Positions 25,307-36,327 are shown, numbered from the stretch's first letter. The stretch: 64,000 nucleotides of DNA from an uncultured beta proteobacterium (GCA_963747025.1 CAVVDJ010000007.1:30616-94615); one strand, 5' to 3'. Notes: generated by a model from the sequence alone, not told the origin. Program-made: numbers and translations.

Positions 25307-26401
25307 TCACACGGTGGCTACAGGGGTGGCAGGCGAGCCCACGGCGCCGGGCAGGCGCAGCGGCGGCGCGGTGAGGAGAAAACGATAGCGGCCGCGGCTG
25401 CGCAACCAGTTCGCCAGCTCGGTCAAGTACCAGATCTCCCCGAGATTCACCCCCAGCTTGAACAGGCAGTGCTCGTGCAGCGGCAGCGCAGCACAACGGC
25501 CTCGATGCGACACGGCAGGATGCGTTTCCACTGCGTAGTTGTCGGCGATCAGTGCCACCAGCCCGCTGTCGGTCACCCACTGCAGCAGCTTCTGATCGCG
25601 GCCGTCCAGCGCCGCGCACGAGTTCTCGAGAGTGTGCGCGTCGGGCTGCCGGTTCATTTCCAGGAGCAGCTGCGAGAACCCGGTGTGCAGACACACCAGG
25701 TCGCCCGTTTCCACTTCGACCTTGTCCGCATCCAGTATGCGCATCAGCTGATCGTAGCCGACGGCCACCCGCTCGCGTCCCACATGCGCATGCAGGTCGA
25801 TCATCACACCGCGCCCCTGTACGCACTTCACCGCCATGTTCTCGATGCCCAGCGCACCCGCCCTGGACGTGGACTTGGCGGTTACCGTATTGATGCCACC
25901 TGCGTCCGCTACCGCAGTCGGGCCGACGATCTCGACTCCCGGCCGATAGCCGTTGTAGAACACCGGCTCGGGTGTGCCGTCGCCGTCGGCGTCGAATAGC
26001 TGACCGACATGCGCGAGGCTGTCCCACTGCGTGGAGTACTGCAGGTGCAGGATGGCCACGTCGTCGTTGATGACGTCGGTCGCATCCGGGTTGTCCTTGC
26101 GCACCTGGTAGATGAAGTTCGGCTGATCGCCACGGATCGTCGGGCGCAACACCGGTGGATAGCGGCGCGGATTGAGCACGTTGCCGCCGGGGTAGTCGAG
26201 CGGCAGGCTGAGGCAGAAGCTCAGCCCCTCCTTCACTTCGGCGACCCCCTGCTTGACCTTATCGGGGGTGAGCAGATTGAGGCGGCCGAGCTGATCGTCA
26301 GGTCCCCAATCTCCCCACGTAGAACCTTCCGGACGGCGTTTCCAACGCTTCGATGCGCTCATGGCGGGTGTCTGCGACCTGGGGAGTTGTTTTTGCGCCA
26401 T
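25307..26401 (-). CDS. cyclase family (kynurenine formamidase-like) metal-dependent hydrolase
   Basis: WGPDDQLGRLN, QYSTQWDSLAH, ADNYAVE, LGEIWYL, GAVGSPATP. Confidence 0.87.
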   Translation of the reverse strand: MAQKQLPRSQTPAMSASKRWKRRPEGSTWGDWGPDDQLGRLNLLTPDKVKQGVAEVKEGLSFCLSLPLDYPGGNVLNPRRYPPVLRPTIRGDQPNFIYQVRKDNPDATDVINDDVAILHLQYSTQWDSLAHVGQLFDADGDGTPEPVFYNGYRPGVEIVGPTAVADAGGINTVTAKSTSRAGALGIENMAVKCVQGRGVMIDLHAHVGRERVAVGYDQLMRILDADKVEVETGDLVCLHTGFSQLLLEMNRQPDAHTLENSCAALDGRDQKLLQWVTDSGLVALIADNYAVETHPAVSHRGRCAALPLHEHCLFKLGVNLGEIWYLTELANWLRSRGRYRFLLTAPPLRLPGAVGSPATPVATV

Positions 26402-26470
26402 GGTGTGGGGGCCGTCCCACCTTGTCAAGGACGCATCTTCTGTTGTGCAATACGCAACCGTCGTCCCAGT

Positions 26471-27739
26471 ATGCGAGACGACGATCGGCAAACCGCAAGG
26501 CCGTCGGATAACACAACGACGAGAAGAAAATGGACTCGAGACTTCCTCAGCCGACGTGCCCATAGCCTGGCCGACATGCGCCGACTCGCACAACGGCGCT
26601 TACCGCGCGTAGTCTTCGATTTCGTCGATGGCGGCGCGGAGGACGAACTGGCACTGCGCCGCAACGAGACGGCATTGGCGCAGACCCTGTTGCTGCCGCG
26701 TCCGCTCGAAGGTACCTCAGCGCGGGATCAATCGGTCGAGCTGTTCGGACAACGCCTGAACGGACCGGTGCTGATCGGGCCTACCGGGCTCGCTGGACTG
26801 CTCTGGCCGCGGGCCGAAGCGGCTTCCGCACGCGCCGCCGTAGCGGCTGGTACCGTCTATACGATGAGCCACGCCTCGACCGTGACGATCGAGGACCTTG
26901 CGCGCGAGGTCAGCGGCAATCTCTGGATGCAGGTGTTCATGTACCGCGATCGGGGGCTCACTCGCGCTTTCACCGAGCGCGCGCACGCCAGCGGCTACCG
27001 GGCGTTGGTCCTGACGATCGACAATCAGGTTCCGGGCTGGCGCGAACGGGACATGCGCAACGGCTTCACCGTCCCGCTGCGGCTGGGTCTGGGAAACGTC
27101 CTGGACATGGGCCTGCACGCTCCCTGGTTGCTACGCATGGCGCTGGGTCCAAGGTTCACCCTCGCCAACTACAGCCAGGAAGGCGACTCCGACATCATGT
27201 CGTTGGCCGCGAAGATGGGCAGTTTGCTCGATCCCGGCGCAAGCTGGAAGGACGTGGAATGGCTGAGGCGCTTGTGGGATCGGCCGCTGCTGCTGAAGGG
27301 TGTCCTGCATCCCGACGAGGCGCGCCGAGCCATCGCTCTGGGTGTAGACGGCATCATCGTATCGAACCACGGCGGGCGCCAGCTCGATGCCGCGCCGGCT
27401 TCGGTGGAGGCACTGCCGGGCGTGGTGGATGCGGTGGCCGGGCGCGTGCCGGTGCTGATGGACGGTGGAGTCCGGCGTGGCTCGGACGTCCTCAAAGCTC
27501 TCGCACTGGGCGCCAGGGCCTGCCTCATCGGCAGGCCGCAGCTCTGGGGGGTCGCGGTCGCCGGTGAAGCAGGGGTGGCTTGGGTGCTCGAGCTATTGCG
27601 CAGCGAGATCGATCGTGTGATGGCCATGTGTGGCTGGGATCGCCTCGCCGACGTCGATCGTTCAGCACTCTTCGGGCCGCCCGCGCACGCCGAGACGCAG
27701 CTCAAGCCTACTGCGGCGGAAACTCTACGGGTCGTGTGA
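26471..27739 (+). CDS. FMN-dependent alpha-hydroxy acid dehydrogenase (L-lactate/mandelate family); start approximate
   Basis: FDFVDGGA, LTID..GWRERD, LKG, SNHGGRQLD, DGGVRRGSD, IGRP. Confidence 0.92.
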   Translation: MRDDDRQTARPSDNTTTRRKWTRDFLSRRAHSLADMRRLAQRRLPRVVFDFVDGGAEDELALRRNETALAQTLLLPRPLEGTSARDQSVELFGQRLNGPVLIGPTGLAGLLWPRAEAASARAAVAAGTVYTMSHASTVTIEDLAREVSGNLWMQVFMYRDRGLTRAFTERAHASGYRALVLTIDNQVPGWRERDMRNGFTVPLRLGLGNVLDMGLHAPWLLRMALGPRFTLANYSQEGDSDIMSLAAKMGSLLDPGASWKDVEWLRRLWDRPLLLKGVLHPDEARRAIALGVDGIIVSNHGGRQLDAAPASVEALPGVVDAVAGRVPVLMDGGVRRGSDVLKALALGARACLIGRPQLWGVAVAGEAGVAWVLELLRSEIDRVMAMCGWDRLADVDRSALFGPPAHAETQLKPTAAETLRVV

Positions 27740-28327
27740 GTCAGAGATTGTGACGGCCAGTCTTGCGAGTTGTTGTGAGCCGGGTCAGCACCGACCCAAT
27801 TCTCAGCGCCTTGAGCGCATCGACTACCGCATTGTTGCCGCGAAATCCAAACGCGTCAGTCGGAGTGGACGACCGCCCATCTGCGCGGTTTGAGCGTGTT
27901 CGCTCCGAACTCGGGGATGACGCCGCAATGCATGAGCTTCTGGGGCGCGCTCGAAATACCTAACGGTCGTTTGAGGCGTATCAGGCCGACATCCAGCCCG
28001 TTTCCGCTTCGCGACTCGCGCAATGGAGTGGGACGGATACCACGCTAGTCTGAGGACGCGTCGGTGCGAAAGGAGAACGTCTGTCCCAGGCAACGCGCGC
28101 CCGGGGGGCGGGACCACACAGCCCAACAGGTGGAGAGGCGGGTGCGGATCGCACGGCGACGCACCCCCCGCCGCTGCAGGATGCAACGCAGCAGACCCTG
28201 ATCGGCGGCTTGGCCTCCGATCTCCCCTTCGACGCCGACAGAGGTAAATCCACGCGGGCCGGGCGTTAGCCCGCCCCGCGGGAGGCGACCGGCGGGCGTC
28301 GCGCCGGCAGCCGGGGATCAAGACGAC

Positions 28328-28723
28328 TTACTTCAGGTGCGCATTGACCAGCTTGGTCATCTCGAACATGGAGACCTGTTTCTTTCCGCCGAAGACAGCC
28401 TTCAGCTTGTCGTCGGCGTTGATCATCCGCCGGTTGATTGCGTCCTGCAGCTTGTTCTTCTTGATGTAGTCCCAGATTTTCTTCGTGACCTCGGTCCGGG
28501 GCGCTGCCTTGTCGCCGATCACTGCGGCCAGGATGGCGGTAGGGGTCATCGCCTTCATGAACGCAGCGTTTGGTTTGCGCTTCACGCTGCTCTTCTTCTT
28601 GGGCGCAGCCTTCTTGGCCGCCGGCTTTTTCGCCGGGGCTTTCTTCGCCGGCTTCTTGGCGGGTTTCTTCGCCGCCCGTTTCTTCGCCGGAGCCTTCTTC
28701 GCTGCGGTCTTCTTTGTGGCCAT
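28328..28723 (-). CDS. SWIB/MDM2 domain protein with histone H1-like (PAKK/AAKK) N-terminus
   Basis: About 45 aa of K/A/P repeats then RTEVTKKIWDYIKKNKLQD..INADDKL..VSMFEMTK; RBS ggagg. Confidence 0.92.
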   Translation of the reverse strand: MATKKTAAKKAPAKKRAAKKPAKKPAKKAPAKKPAAKKAAPKKKSSVKRKPNAAFMKAMTPTAILAAVIGDKAAPRTEVTKKIWDYIKKNKLQDAINRRMINADDKLKAVFGGKKQVSMFEMTKLVNAHLK

Positions 28724-29092
28724 GTGCTGTTACCTCCACTCGAGTCGAATTGCCGTTGTGCGTAACGCCGGAGCCGCCGCAGCATTTGGCTCTGCCGCGG
28801 CAGCGACAGAATGCCGAGGGGGGCATGCCATGTCAACAGCTAAATGGCGCGCAGACCCCGACGCGCGGGCACTGCAGCCGCGCGTCGCGACCCAGCTACA
28901 CGCGCAGTCAGTGTACTCGGCAGGAGCGCGGCCCCGCCGATCTCCGCGCCGGACGGGGCTTCCCGGCTGTCGAGCGCGCTATCCCGCGCGCATAGAAAGG
29001 CGCGAGGACAGCGACCATCAGCAGAGCTCAGGGAAATCACCCCTCGGTCACTGGTCAGGGTATCTTAGCGGCGTGAAGCCGACGTCTCGCCG

Positions 29093-29716
29093 ATGACATT
29101 GGAAGCGCTGCGGGCATTCCTGTTCGGAGTAGCGATCGCCGCGCCGGTCGGTCCTATCGCGCTGCTGCTGATCCACATCGGTCTCAATCACCGGCTGTCC
29201 GCGGCGCTGGCCGCGGCGCTGGGCGTGGCGCTGGCTGACCTCACCTACGCCGTGCTCGCGCTCACGGCGGGGTCAGGCGTGTTTGCGCTCCTGCACGCCC
29301 ATGACAGAGCCATCCGGCTCACCTCCTCGGGACTGCTGCTCTTGCTGGGGCTCTGGCTGGCCGCGCGCGCGCTGCGCAGCCGTAGCGGCATCCACCGATG
29401 CTCGCGGGAACCGAAGACTCGCGCTCCGAGCCTGATCCAGCTCTACCTGCTCACCCTGGCCAACCCCCTCACCATTCTGCTGTTCGTGGCGTTCTCGGGA
29501 CAGATGACGGCCGGGGCAGGCGTCGGCGCGGTGCTGTACGGTTCGCTTTGGCTGTTCCTGGGCAGCTTGGCCGTGCAAGCCAGCTATGCCAGCTTCGGCG
29601 CCGCGCTGCGCCGCTGGGTTGCGACTCCGAGCGCAGTGCGCAGGATCAACGCGATCAGCGGCGTTGCGATTGCCGCGTTCGGCGTGTGGGGGATCGCGTC
29701 CGCGATCGGCGGGTGA
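29093..29716 (+). CDS. LysE family translocator
   Basis: IAAPVGPI, LTLANPLTI, six hydrophobic helices. Confidence 0.88.
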   Translation: MTLEALRAFLFGVAIAAPVGPIALLLIHIGLNHRLSAALAAALGVALADLTYAVLALTAGSGVFALLHAHDRAIRLTSSGLLLLLGLWLAARALRSRSGIHRCSREPKTRAPSLIQLYLLTLANPLTILLFVAFSGQMTAGAGVGAVLYGSLWLFLGSLAVQASYASFGAALRRWVATPSAVRRINAISGVAIAAFGVWGIASAIGG

Positions 29717-29841
29717 TAATCACGGCACCTTCGCAGCGCCCGGCGAATACTCAGTCTGCCGAGCGCAGTCGCGGACTGACGACACGTCCCTTCGATGCTG
29801 CCACCCAAGGTCATAGCCGCCGACGGCGAGCGCCACACTGG

Positions 29842-30408
29842 CTAGCGCTTCAGTCGATCCAGGAAGGTCTTGCGGAACTTCGCTACCTTGGGCGCCACCA
29901 CGAACTGGCAGTACGGCTGCTGCGGATTGCGCTGGAAATATTCCTGGTGGTAGCCCTCGGCAACGTGGAATGACTCAGCGGGCGAGATTTCGGTGACGAT
30001 GGGATCGTCATACACGCGCTCTGCAGAGAGCTCCGCGATCACTTCCTCGGCGATGCGCTTCTGCTCTGGAGAATGGTAGAAGATCGCCGAGCGGTATTGC
30101 GTGCCCTCGTCGTTTCCCTGCCGGTTGAGCGTGGTCGGGTCGTGGATCACGAAGAACACGTTCAGCAAGTCCTTGTAGCTCGCGACCTTCGGGTCGAAGG
30201 TGACGCGGACCACTTCGGCGTGGCCGGTCGCGCCAGAGCACACGGCCGTATACGTCGGGTTGGCGGTGTGTCCGCCCATGTAACCCGACTCCACGCTCTC
30301 CACACCCTTCATCTGATCGTAGACCGCCTCGAGGCACCAAAAACAGCCGCCAGCCAGGGTGGCGATCTCTTTGCCGGGCGGTGGCGTAGTTCGTTCGCTA
30401 TCTGTCAT
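29842..30408 (-). CDS. msrA: peptide-methionine (S)-S-oxide reductase
   Basis: [36 protein letters not shown]. Confidence 0.96.
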   Translation of the reverse strand: MTDSERTTPPPGKEIATLAGGCFWCLEAVYDQMKGVESVESGYMGGHTANPTYTAVCSGATGHAEVVRVTFDPKVASYKDLLNVFFVIHDPTTLNRQGNDEGTQYRSAIFYHSPEQKRIAEEVIAELSAERVYDDPIVTEISPAESFHVAEGYHQEYFQRNPQQPYCQFVVAPKVAKFRKTFLDRLKR

Positions 30409-30550
30409 GACGCGTACCTCAGTCAATGCTGAAGCAGTGTAGCAGGGAGCCCGCGTTGAACAGAAGCGGGCGCCGTGGCTGATTGTCATCGCCCACCCAG
30501 CGGTGCGGTTAGAATGCAGGCGTCTAGCCGGCAGGTGCTCACAACGTTCG

Positions 30551-31024
30551 ATGATCGGGCTGCTCCAGCGCGTCAGCCAGGCGCGGGTCGAGGTCGAGGG
30601 CGCGGTCGTCGGCGCCATCGGCCCCGGTCTCATGGTGCTGGTCTGCGCCGAACGCGGGGACGGGACGGCGGAGGCCGACCGCTTGTTAGAGCGGTTGCTC
30701 AACTACCGGGTCTTCTCCGACGCCGAGGGGAAGATGAATCTCTCCCTGCGCGATGTCGACGGCGGTTTGTTGCTGGTGCCTCAATTCACTCTGGCTGCCG
30801 ACACGGGTAAAGGTAACCGCCCGAGCTTCACACCCGCCGCGCCACCCGAGCAGGGTCGCGCCCTGTTCGGCTACATGTTGGCGCAAGCGGGTGGCCGTTA
30901 CCCACGAGTTGCGGGCGGCCAATTCGGCGCGCACATGCAGGTCACGCTCACCAACGACGGGCCAGTCACGATCTGGTTGCGGGTGAGCCCACGAATCAGC
31001 TCCACCAAGCTCTCAGATGACTGA
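30551..31024 (+). CDS. dtd: D-aminoacyl-tRNA deacylase
   Basis: QRVSQA, GKMNLS, PQFTL, FGAHMQV, NDGPVT. Confidence 0.95.
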   Translation: MIGLLQRVSQARVEVEGAVVGAIGPGLMVLVCAERGDGTAEADRLLERLLNYRVFSDAEGKMNLSLRDVDGGLLLVPQFTLAADTGKGNRPSFTPAAPPEQGRALFGYMLAQAGGRYPRVAGGQFGAHMQVTLTNDGPVTIWLRVSPRISSTKLSDD

Positions 31025-31565
31025 ACTCTGGACTGTGGGCCATTCCACGCGCGCTCAAGAGCAACTCATCGAGCTGCTGCGGCGAAACGGCATCCAAGCG
31101 CTGGCCGACGTACGGCGCTATCCGGCTTCGAAGCGGTACCCGCACTTCAACCGCGAAGCGCTGGAGCGCTCGCTGCCCGTGGCCGGGATCGACTATGTCT
31201 GGATGCCGGAACTGGGAGGCAGGCGCGTGCCGCGCAAGGACTCTACCAACACCGCCTGGCGCAATGCAGGCTTTCGCGGCTATGCGGACTACATGGAGAC
31301 CGCCGCTTTCCAGGATGCCATCGACGCTCTGCTGCAACGGGCGCGGGACCGGCGCATTGCGATCATGTGCGCGGAGCAGGCCTGGCAGCAATGTCATCGC
31401 GGGCTGATCTCCGACTACCTGAAGGCACGCGGCGTCGAGGTGACACACATCGTGGACCCGGGCCGCGTCGAGCCGCATCCATGGACCGCGGCGGCGCGCA
31501 TCGCGAACGGCAAACTCTCCTACACAACCGCGGCGCAACCCGAGCAGGGGCGTCTTGAGCTCTAG
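31017..31565 (+). CDS. DUF488 family protein
   Basis: [27 protein letters not shown]. Confidence 0.9.
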   Translation: MTELWTVGHSTRAQEQLIELLRRNGIQALADVRRYPASKRYPHFNREALERSLPVAGIDYVWMPELGGRRVPRKDSTNTAWRNAGFRGYADYMETAAFQDAIDALLQRARDRRIAIMCAEQAWQQCHRGLISDYLKARGVEVTHIVDPGRVEPHPWTAAARIANGKLSYTTAAQPEQGRLEL

Positions 31566-31794
31566 ACAGTCTGATCAGACTTTCCCGAGGACCAGGACCG
31601 CTAGGGCGCGCCCATTTCGCCCCCGCTGCGACTCCAAGCGCCGCCGGCCCTAGAGGTATGACGACCAGGTAGACGATATCAAGAATTTAAGTCGTGCATG
31701 GCCTGGCCGATATGACTGCTCGGGACAGCCTGCCGTCGGGCTTGGGCATTGTCCGGCCACCCCTAAACCAAGCCCGGTTTTTCGAGGAGGGATC

Positions 31795-32463
31795 ATGGTG
31801 AAGACGGTTGCGAGGTTCCAACTGGCCGTGCTCATGAGCACCGCGGCCGTGTTCGCAAGCTCGGCCGAGGCCGCGGGCCCCGACGGATCGGGCGTCTATC
31901 TTGGCATAGGCGCGGGAGTCGGGCATGCCAGTATCGACGAAGGTAATATCAACGCTTCGCTGGCTTCGCTCGGGTTAACCAATCCAAGCACGACCGCGGA
32001 CCAAAGCAGCGTCGCGTACAAACTGTTTCTTGGCTACAGCTTTAACCGCTACATCGCGATCGAGGGCGGTTACTTCAATCTTGGCAAATTCAGTTTCGAC
32101 TCGACAGTTACAGGTCCCGGGACGTTGAGCGGCGAAGTGAAGACGTACGGGTTCAACTTCGATGCTGTGGCAAGCCTTCCATTGACGCAGACCTTCAGCA
32201 TATTTGGACGCGGCGGCGTGCAGAACGCCAAGTCGACGGTGAATTACACGAGCACTGGCTCGGTCACTCCAGTTTTCACCACATCACAAACCAGCGAAAC
32301 CAAGACCAGCTGGGATGCCGGCGCCGGGGCTGCCTTCGAGTTCGCCAATGGCAAGGTCGGCGTGCGCGTGGAATGGACCCTCTACCGTGTTCCCGACGGC
32401 ACGGACACCAATAACAAGTCCAACGTCAACGTGTACGGGCTCAGCGTCTACTCAAAGTTCTGA
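31795..32463 (+). CDS. outer-membrane 8-stranded beta-barrel (OmpA-like transmembrane domain)
   Basis: RBS aggaggg, signal peptide, GYSFNRYIAIEGGY, alternating beta pattern, C-terminal Phe. Confidence 0.87.
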   Translation: MVKTVARFQLAVLMSTAAVFASSAEAAGPDGSGVYLGIGAGVGHASIDEGNINASLASLGLTNPSTTADQSSVAYKLFLGYSFNRYIAIEGGYFNLGKFSFDSTVTGPGTLSGEVKTYGFNFDAVASLPLTQTFSIFGRGGVQNAKSTVNYTSTGSVTPVFTTSQTSETKTSWDAGAGAAFEFANGKVGVRVEWTLYRVPDGTDTNNKSNVNVYGLSVYSKF

Positions 32464-32520
32464 CCCCCGCCACCCCGGCGGGACGCCGCGCCCACCAGGA
32501 CATCGCGCGGCAGGGCTGGT

Positions 32521-33246
32521 TCAGCGCACCGCGCGGACCTGCGTCTGATCGAGCCTGACGAAACGGAAGCCGCGGGCAAGCAGCCGCTGCACGCCTTCGG
32601 AGAGCCCTTCGGCGGTGTCCGACGCGGGCTTGTTCATGTGCGCGATGATGATGTCGCCGCTCTTGACTTGATCCAGTCTGGCGACGATGGCTGCCCGCGG
32701 CAGCGTCGCCCCGGCATCGGCGTTCACAGAAAAGCCGGCAATCCGGTATCCCATGGCCTCGATCACCTTGATCGCCGCCGGATCGTACTCGGCTGTCGCC
32801 CCGCGATACCAGTGAGGCGCCTCGCCCGTGACCATCGCGACAGCGTTGGCCCCGCCCAGGACTTCCCGCTCCAGATGAGACAAATCCGGATTTCCGGGAA
32901 TGCCAAATACGCTGCGGCCTGCGCCGACCACCGGCGGCACGTGGTTCGCACCGTGGTCCTCGATCTCGAACAGGTCCGAGTGCTCCTTCAGCAACGCAAC
33001 ACCCGCCGCGTTGCGATCCAACCACCTTTTCGTCGCGAAGATCGTCGCAGGGACTCGATGGACAATCAGGAAATGGATGAGCTCGGCGTCGAATCTCCCG
33101 CTGCAGGCGTCGAGGGTGAGCGCGACTACGTTCTCGTCTCCGAGCGCAGCCGACGCAATGACTTGATGCACTTCGATTGGACCCAGCGCAGCCATGGCGC
33201 GCCCAGCGCAGACCAGTGCCGCGATGCAAAACAGTAAACGCCTCAT
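32521..33246 (-). CDS. polysaccharide deacetylase family protein
   Basis: Signal peptide, VALTLDAC, ATIF, EIEDHG..H, GDIIIAHMN. Confidence 0.85.
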   Translation of the reverse strand: MRRLLFCIAALVCAGRAMAALGPIEVHQVIASAALGDENVVALTLDACSGRFDAELIHFLIVHRVPATIFATKRWLDRNAAGVALLKEHSDLFEIEDHGANHVPPVVGAGRSVFGIPGNPDLSHLEREVLGGANAVAMVTGEAPHWYRGATAEYDPAAIKVIEAMGYRIAGFSVNADAGATLPRAAIVARLDQVKSGDIIIAHMNKPASDTAEGLSEGVQRLLARGFRFVRLDQTQVRAVR

Positions 33247-33367
33247 ACGTGGGATAACGCCCCAGATGAGCTGCGGTTGATCGGTCCGTCGGTGGGAACC
33301 ACGCTTCACCGACAACGTCTGACAAACATCGCGCCTGTGCCACAATGCTGTGACAAAGGAGATTCGC

Positions 33368-34383
33368 ATGACCGCGTGCCTGCGCTGCTTTCTCGCGTCC
33401 GCTGTTCTTTGCTTGCTTCCAGCCCTTGGGCACACGCAAACCGCCGCGCCAGACCTGGAGCCGCTCGGCATCGGCCTCGAAGGCTTCGTTTATCCCTATC
33501 CCGTTCAATACCTCCTGCAGCGCATGGAAGGCGAGGATGTGAAGCTGGCCTTCATGGACGTGGAACCGTCCGCGCCCGCCAACGGGAAGACGGTGGTGCT
33601 GATGCACGGACGGAATTTTTTCGGCGCCTATTGGAAGGACACCATCGGCTTGCTCAGCGCACGAGGCTACCGTGTGGTGGTGCCCGATCAAATCGGCTTT
33701 GGCAAATCGTCGAAGCCGGATGTGCCGCACAGCTTTCACGTGCACGCGTACAACACCAAGCAGCTGCTCGACTACCTCGGCGTGAAGAAAGTCACTCTGG
33801 TCGGGCATTCGCTCGGCGGCACGATGGCGATGCGATTCACTTTGATGTATCCCGACTATGTGGAGCGGCTGGTTCTGGAGGACCCGATCGGGCTCGAGGA
33901 CTACCGCATCAAGGTGCCGTTCGCAACCCGCGACGAGCTTGCGGCCGAGGCACGCGGTCAAACGCGCGAGCGCATCGAGACGTTCATGAAGGACTTCTTC
34001 GCGAACTGGAAGCCCGCGTTCCAGATGTTCGCCGACGTCCAGTACCGGTGGACGTTAGGACCGGAGTCGGATCTGATCGCGCGCACCGCCGCGCAGACCT
34101 ACACGATGGCCTACGAGCAGCCGGTGCTGTACGAGATGCCGCTGATCAAGGCGCCGACGCTGCTGATCGTGGGGGAGAAGGACCGCGCAGCCATCGGCCG
34201 GAATCGCGTTACGCCGGAGGTGCGCGCCACGCTCGGCCTATATCCGGAGCTGGCGAAAAAGGCGGCGCAAGCGATGACCGATTGCAAGCTGGTGCTGATA
34301 CCCGATGTGGGGCATGTCCCCCATCTGGAGGCGCCCGAGCGCTTCCACGAAGAGCTGCTGCGCTTCCTGGAGCACAGAAGTAG
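33368..34383 (+). CDS. exported alpha/beta hydrolase
   Basis: Signal peptide, LMHGRNF, PDQIGFGKSSKP, GHSLGG, GEKDR, GHVPHLE; the ORF runs on to 34888 antisense to prk, probably through an indel before the TAG at 34381-34383. Confidence 0.85.
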
Positions 34384-34390
34384 GTGTCTC

Positions 34391-35300
34391 TCACGCCAGA
34401 GCTGCCGTCACTGGCGCGGCCTGCCGCAGCGCCCGCCGCCTCTTGTCCACCAGCTGCAGGATCATGGGTGTGAAGATGAGCTGCATCGCGAGTTCCATCT
34501 TGCCGCCGGGGACGACGATGATGTTCGGGCGCGACATGAACGAGTCGTGCAGCATCGTCAGCAGATACGGGAAATCGATGCCCTTGGGATCGGCGAAGCG
34601 AATCACGACGAAGCTCTCGTCCGCGCTCGGGATGTAGCGCGCGATGAACGGGTTGGAGGTGTCCACCGTCGGCACGCGCTGGAAGTTGATGTGCGTGCGC
34701 GCGAATTGCGGGCAGATGTAGTTCACGTAGTCCGGCATGCGGCGCAGGATGGTGTTCATCACCGCCTCGGTGGAGTAGCCGCGCAAGGACTTGTCGCGGT
34801 GCAGCTTCTGAATCCACTCCAGGTTGATGATGGGCACCACACCCACCAGCAGGTCCACGTGCCGCGCCACGTTCGACGCTGTCCGTGACAATGCCGCCAT
34901 GCAGCCCTTCATAGAACAATAGATCGGTCGCGTCCGGAACATCCGTCCAGGGCGTGAACGTGCCCGGCTCCTGGCCAAAGCGCAACGCCTCGGGTTCGTT
35001 GTGCAGGTACTTGCGTACCCGCCCGCGCCCGCTTTCGCCGTAGCCGCGGAACAGGCCCTCCAGCTCTTCGAACAGGTTCGCCTCGGGACCGAAATGGCTG
35101 AAGTGCGCGTTTCCGTTCCGCGCCGCATCCTCCATCGCTGCCTTCATTTCGGCGCGGTTGAAGCGATGGAAAGAATCGCCCTCGACGATGGCGGCGTTGA
35201 TCTGCTCGCGTCGGAAGATGTGCTGGAAGGTCTTGGTCACCGACGTGGTTCCGGCGCCCGACGAACCCGTGATCGCGATGATCGGATGCTCTATGGACAT
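34391..35300 (-). CDS. prk: phosphoribulokinase, proteobacterial type (frameshift at about 34875)
   Basis: HPIIAITGSSGAGTTSV, EGDSFHR, FSHFGPEAN, YEGLHG, NLEWIQK, INFQRVPTVDTSNPF. Confidence 0.93.
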
Positions 35301-35484
35301 GTTCTGCTCCTGGCTATTTGTGTGTTTGCGCGCGCGTGAACAGCGAGTGCGTACTTCTACAGACGCGGCTTCCTGAATACGTGGACGAAGTAGGCGCTCA
35401 ATCCGGCATCGAATACCTTCAGCTGAGAGCGGCAGGCCGCGACGAAGCGCCGCGCGTGCCGCGGTGACTGAAACCCGAACGGTC

Positions 35485-36327
35485 TCACCAAAGCCCCAAG
35501 CAGCGGAAGGCAGGCAATTTGAGCCAGCGGGCGCAGCGCGGAAGTCGCGATCGCGGAGATGCGCCGCGCCGATTGATAGATGTGACGCGTGGCGTCCTCG
35601 ACGCGCAGCTACCTCGAAGCCGGCAGACTCGGCGGCTTCTTCGATACTGCTGCGGAGTCGTCGGTAGTGGAATCGTCCACCCGTCGAGTACGTCTTGAAT
35701 CCACTCCCGTTCGTCCGCGCCGACTGGATCGCGCAGGCTGAAGCCGTCGAACGACACGAGGGTGCGCCCCGGCCGCAGAATCCGGAACAGCTCCCGGAAC
35801 AACGCTGGTCTTTCGACGATTGGCGTGTACACCAGCGTCTCGATGGCGAATATGCCGTCGAAATGCGCACCGGGGAACGCGGTGCCGAGATAGTTACCTT
35901 GCACGAACTCGGTGTTGGTGAGCCCGCGCGCCCGAGCCATGGCCCGCCCGATGTCGAGTTGCTTGCCCACCAGCGACAGCCCGGTGACTTTGGCAAGCGG
36001 CAGCATCGCGGCAACCTGCGTGACACCGCCGCCGATGCCGCAGCCGGGCTCGAAGAGATGAGGCTGTTGACAGTCGTCCAGATCGAGCAAGGCCACTGCG
36101 CGCCGGGTGGTCTCGAGTATGGCGTCGTCCAGACTCGCGGCAGTCTCGAGGTCCCAGGCATAGTGCAGGTGCGAAGGATGCCCAGCTCTTGCCCACCCCA
36201 GCAGCAGGGCGCGTAGCACTGAGCGCGGGCTGCCCCAGAACTTGTACAAGTCCGCGCCGAGGTCGAAGTGCTCGGTGAGCGCCTCCAGCGCAGCGCTGGA
36301 ATAGACGGAATCGTAAGGGTTGGACAT
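35485..36327 (-). CDS. SAM-dependent methyltransferase (sterol/tocopherol C-methyltransferase-like; C-terminus frameshifted)
   Basis: HLHYAW, FEPGCGIGG, FDGIFAIE, LRPG, LDGWTIP. Confidence 0.8.
   Translation of the reverse strand: MSNPYDSVYSSAALEALTEHFDLGADLYKFWGSPRSVLRALLLGWARAGHPSHLHYAWDLETAASLDDAILETTRRAVALLDLDDCQQPHLFEPGCGIGGGVTQVAAMLPLAKVTGLSLVGKQLDIGRAMARARGLTNTEFVQGNYLGTAFPGAHFDGIFAIETLVYTPIVERPALFRELFRILRPGRTLVSFDGFSLRDPVGADEREWIQDVLDGWTIPLPTTPQQYRRSRRVCRLRGSCASRTPRVTSINRRGASPRSRLPRCARWLKLPAFRCLGLW

Noticed and set aside
24171-26027. 618-aa thiolase with a long N-terminal extension
   Set aside because: The extension is an alternative frame of the cyclase gene; thiolase homology starts at 25304.
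27740-28327. Large intergenic region with GC-rich hairpins and short ORFs, possible ncRNA
   Set aside because: No recognisable RNA family motif and the ORFs are not protein-like; cannot be supported without a covariance search.
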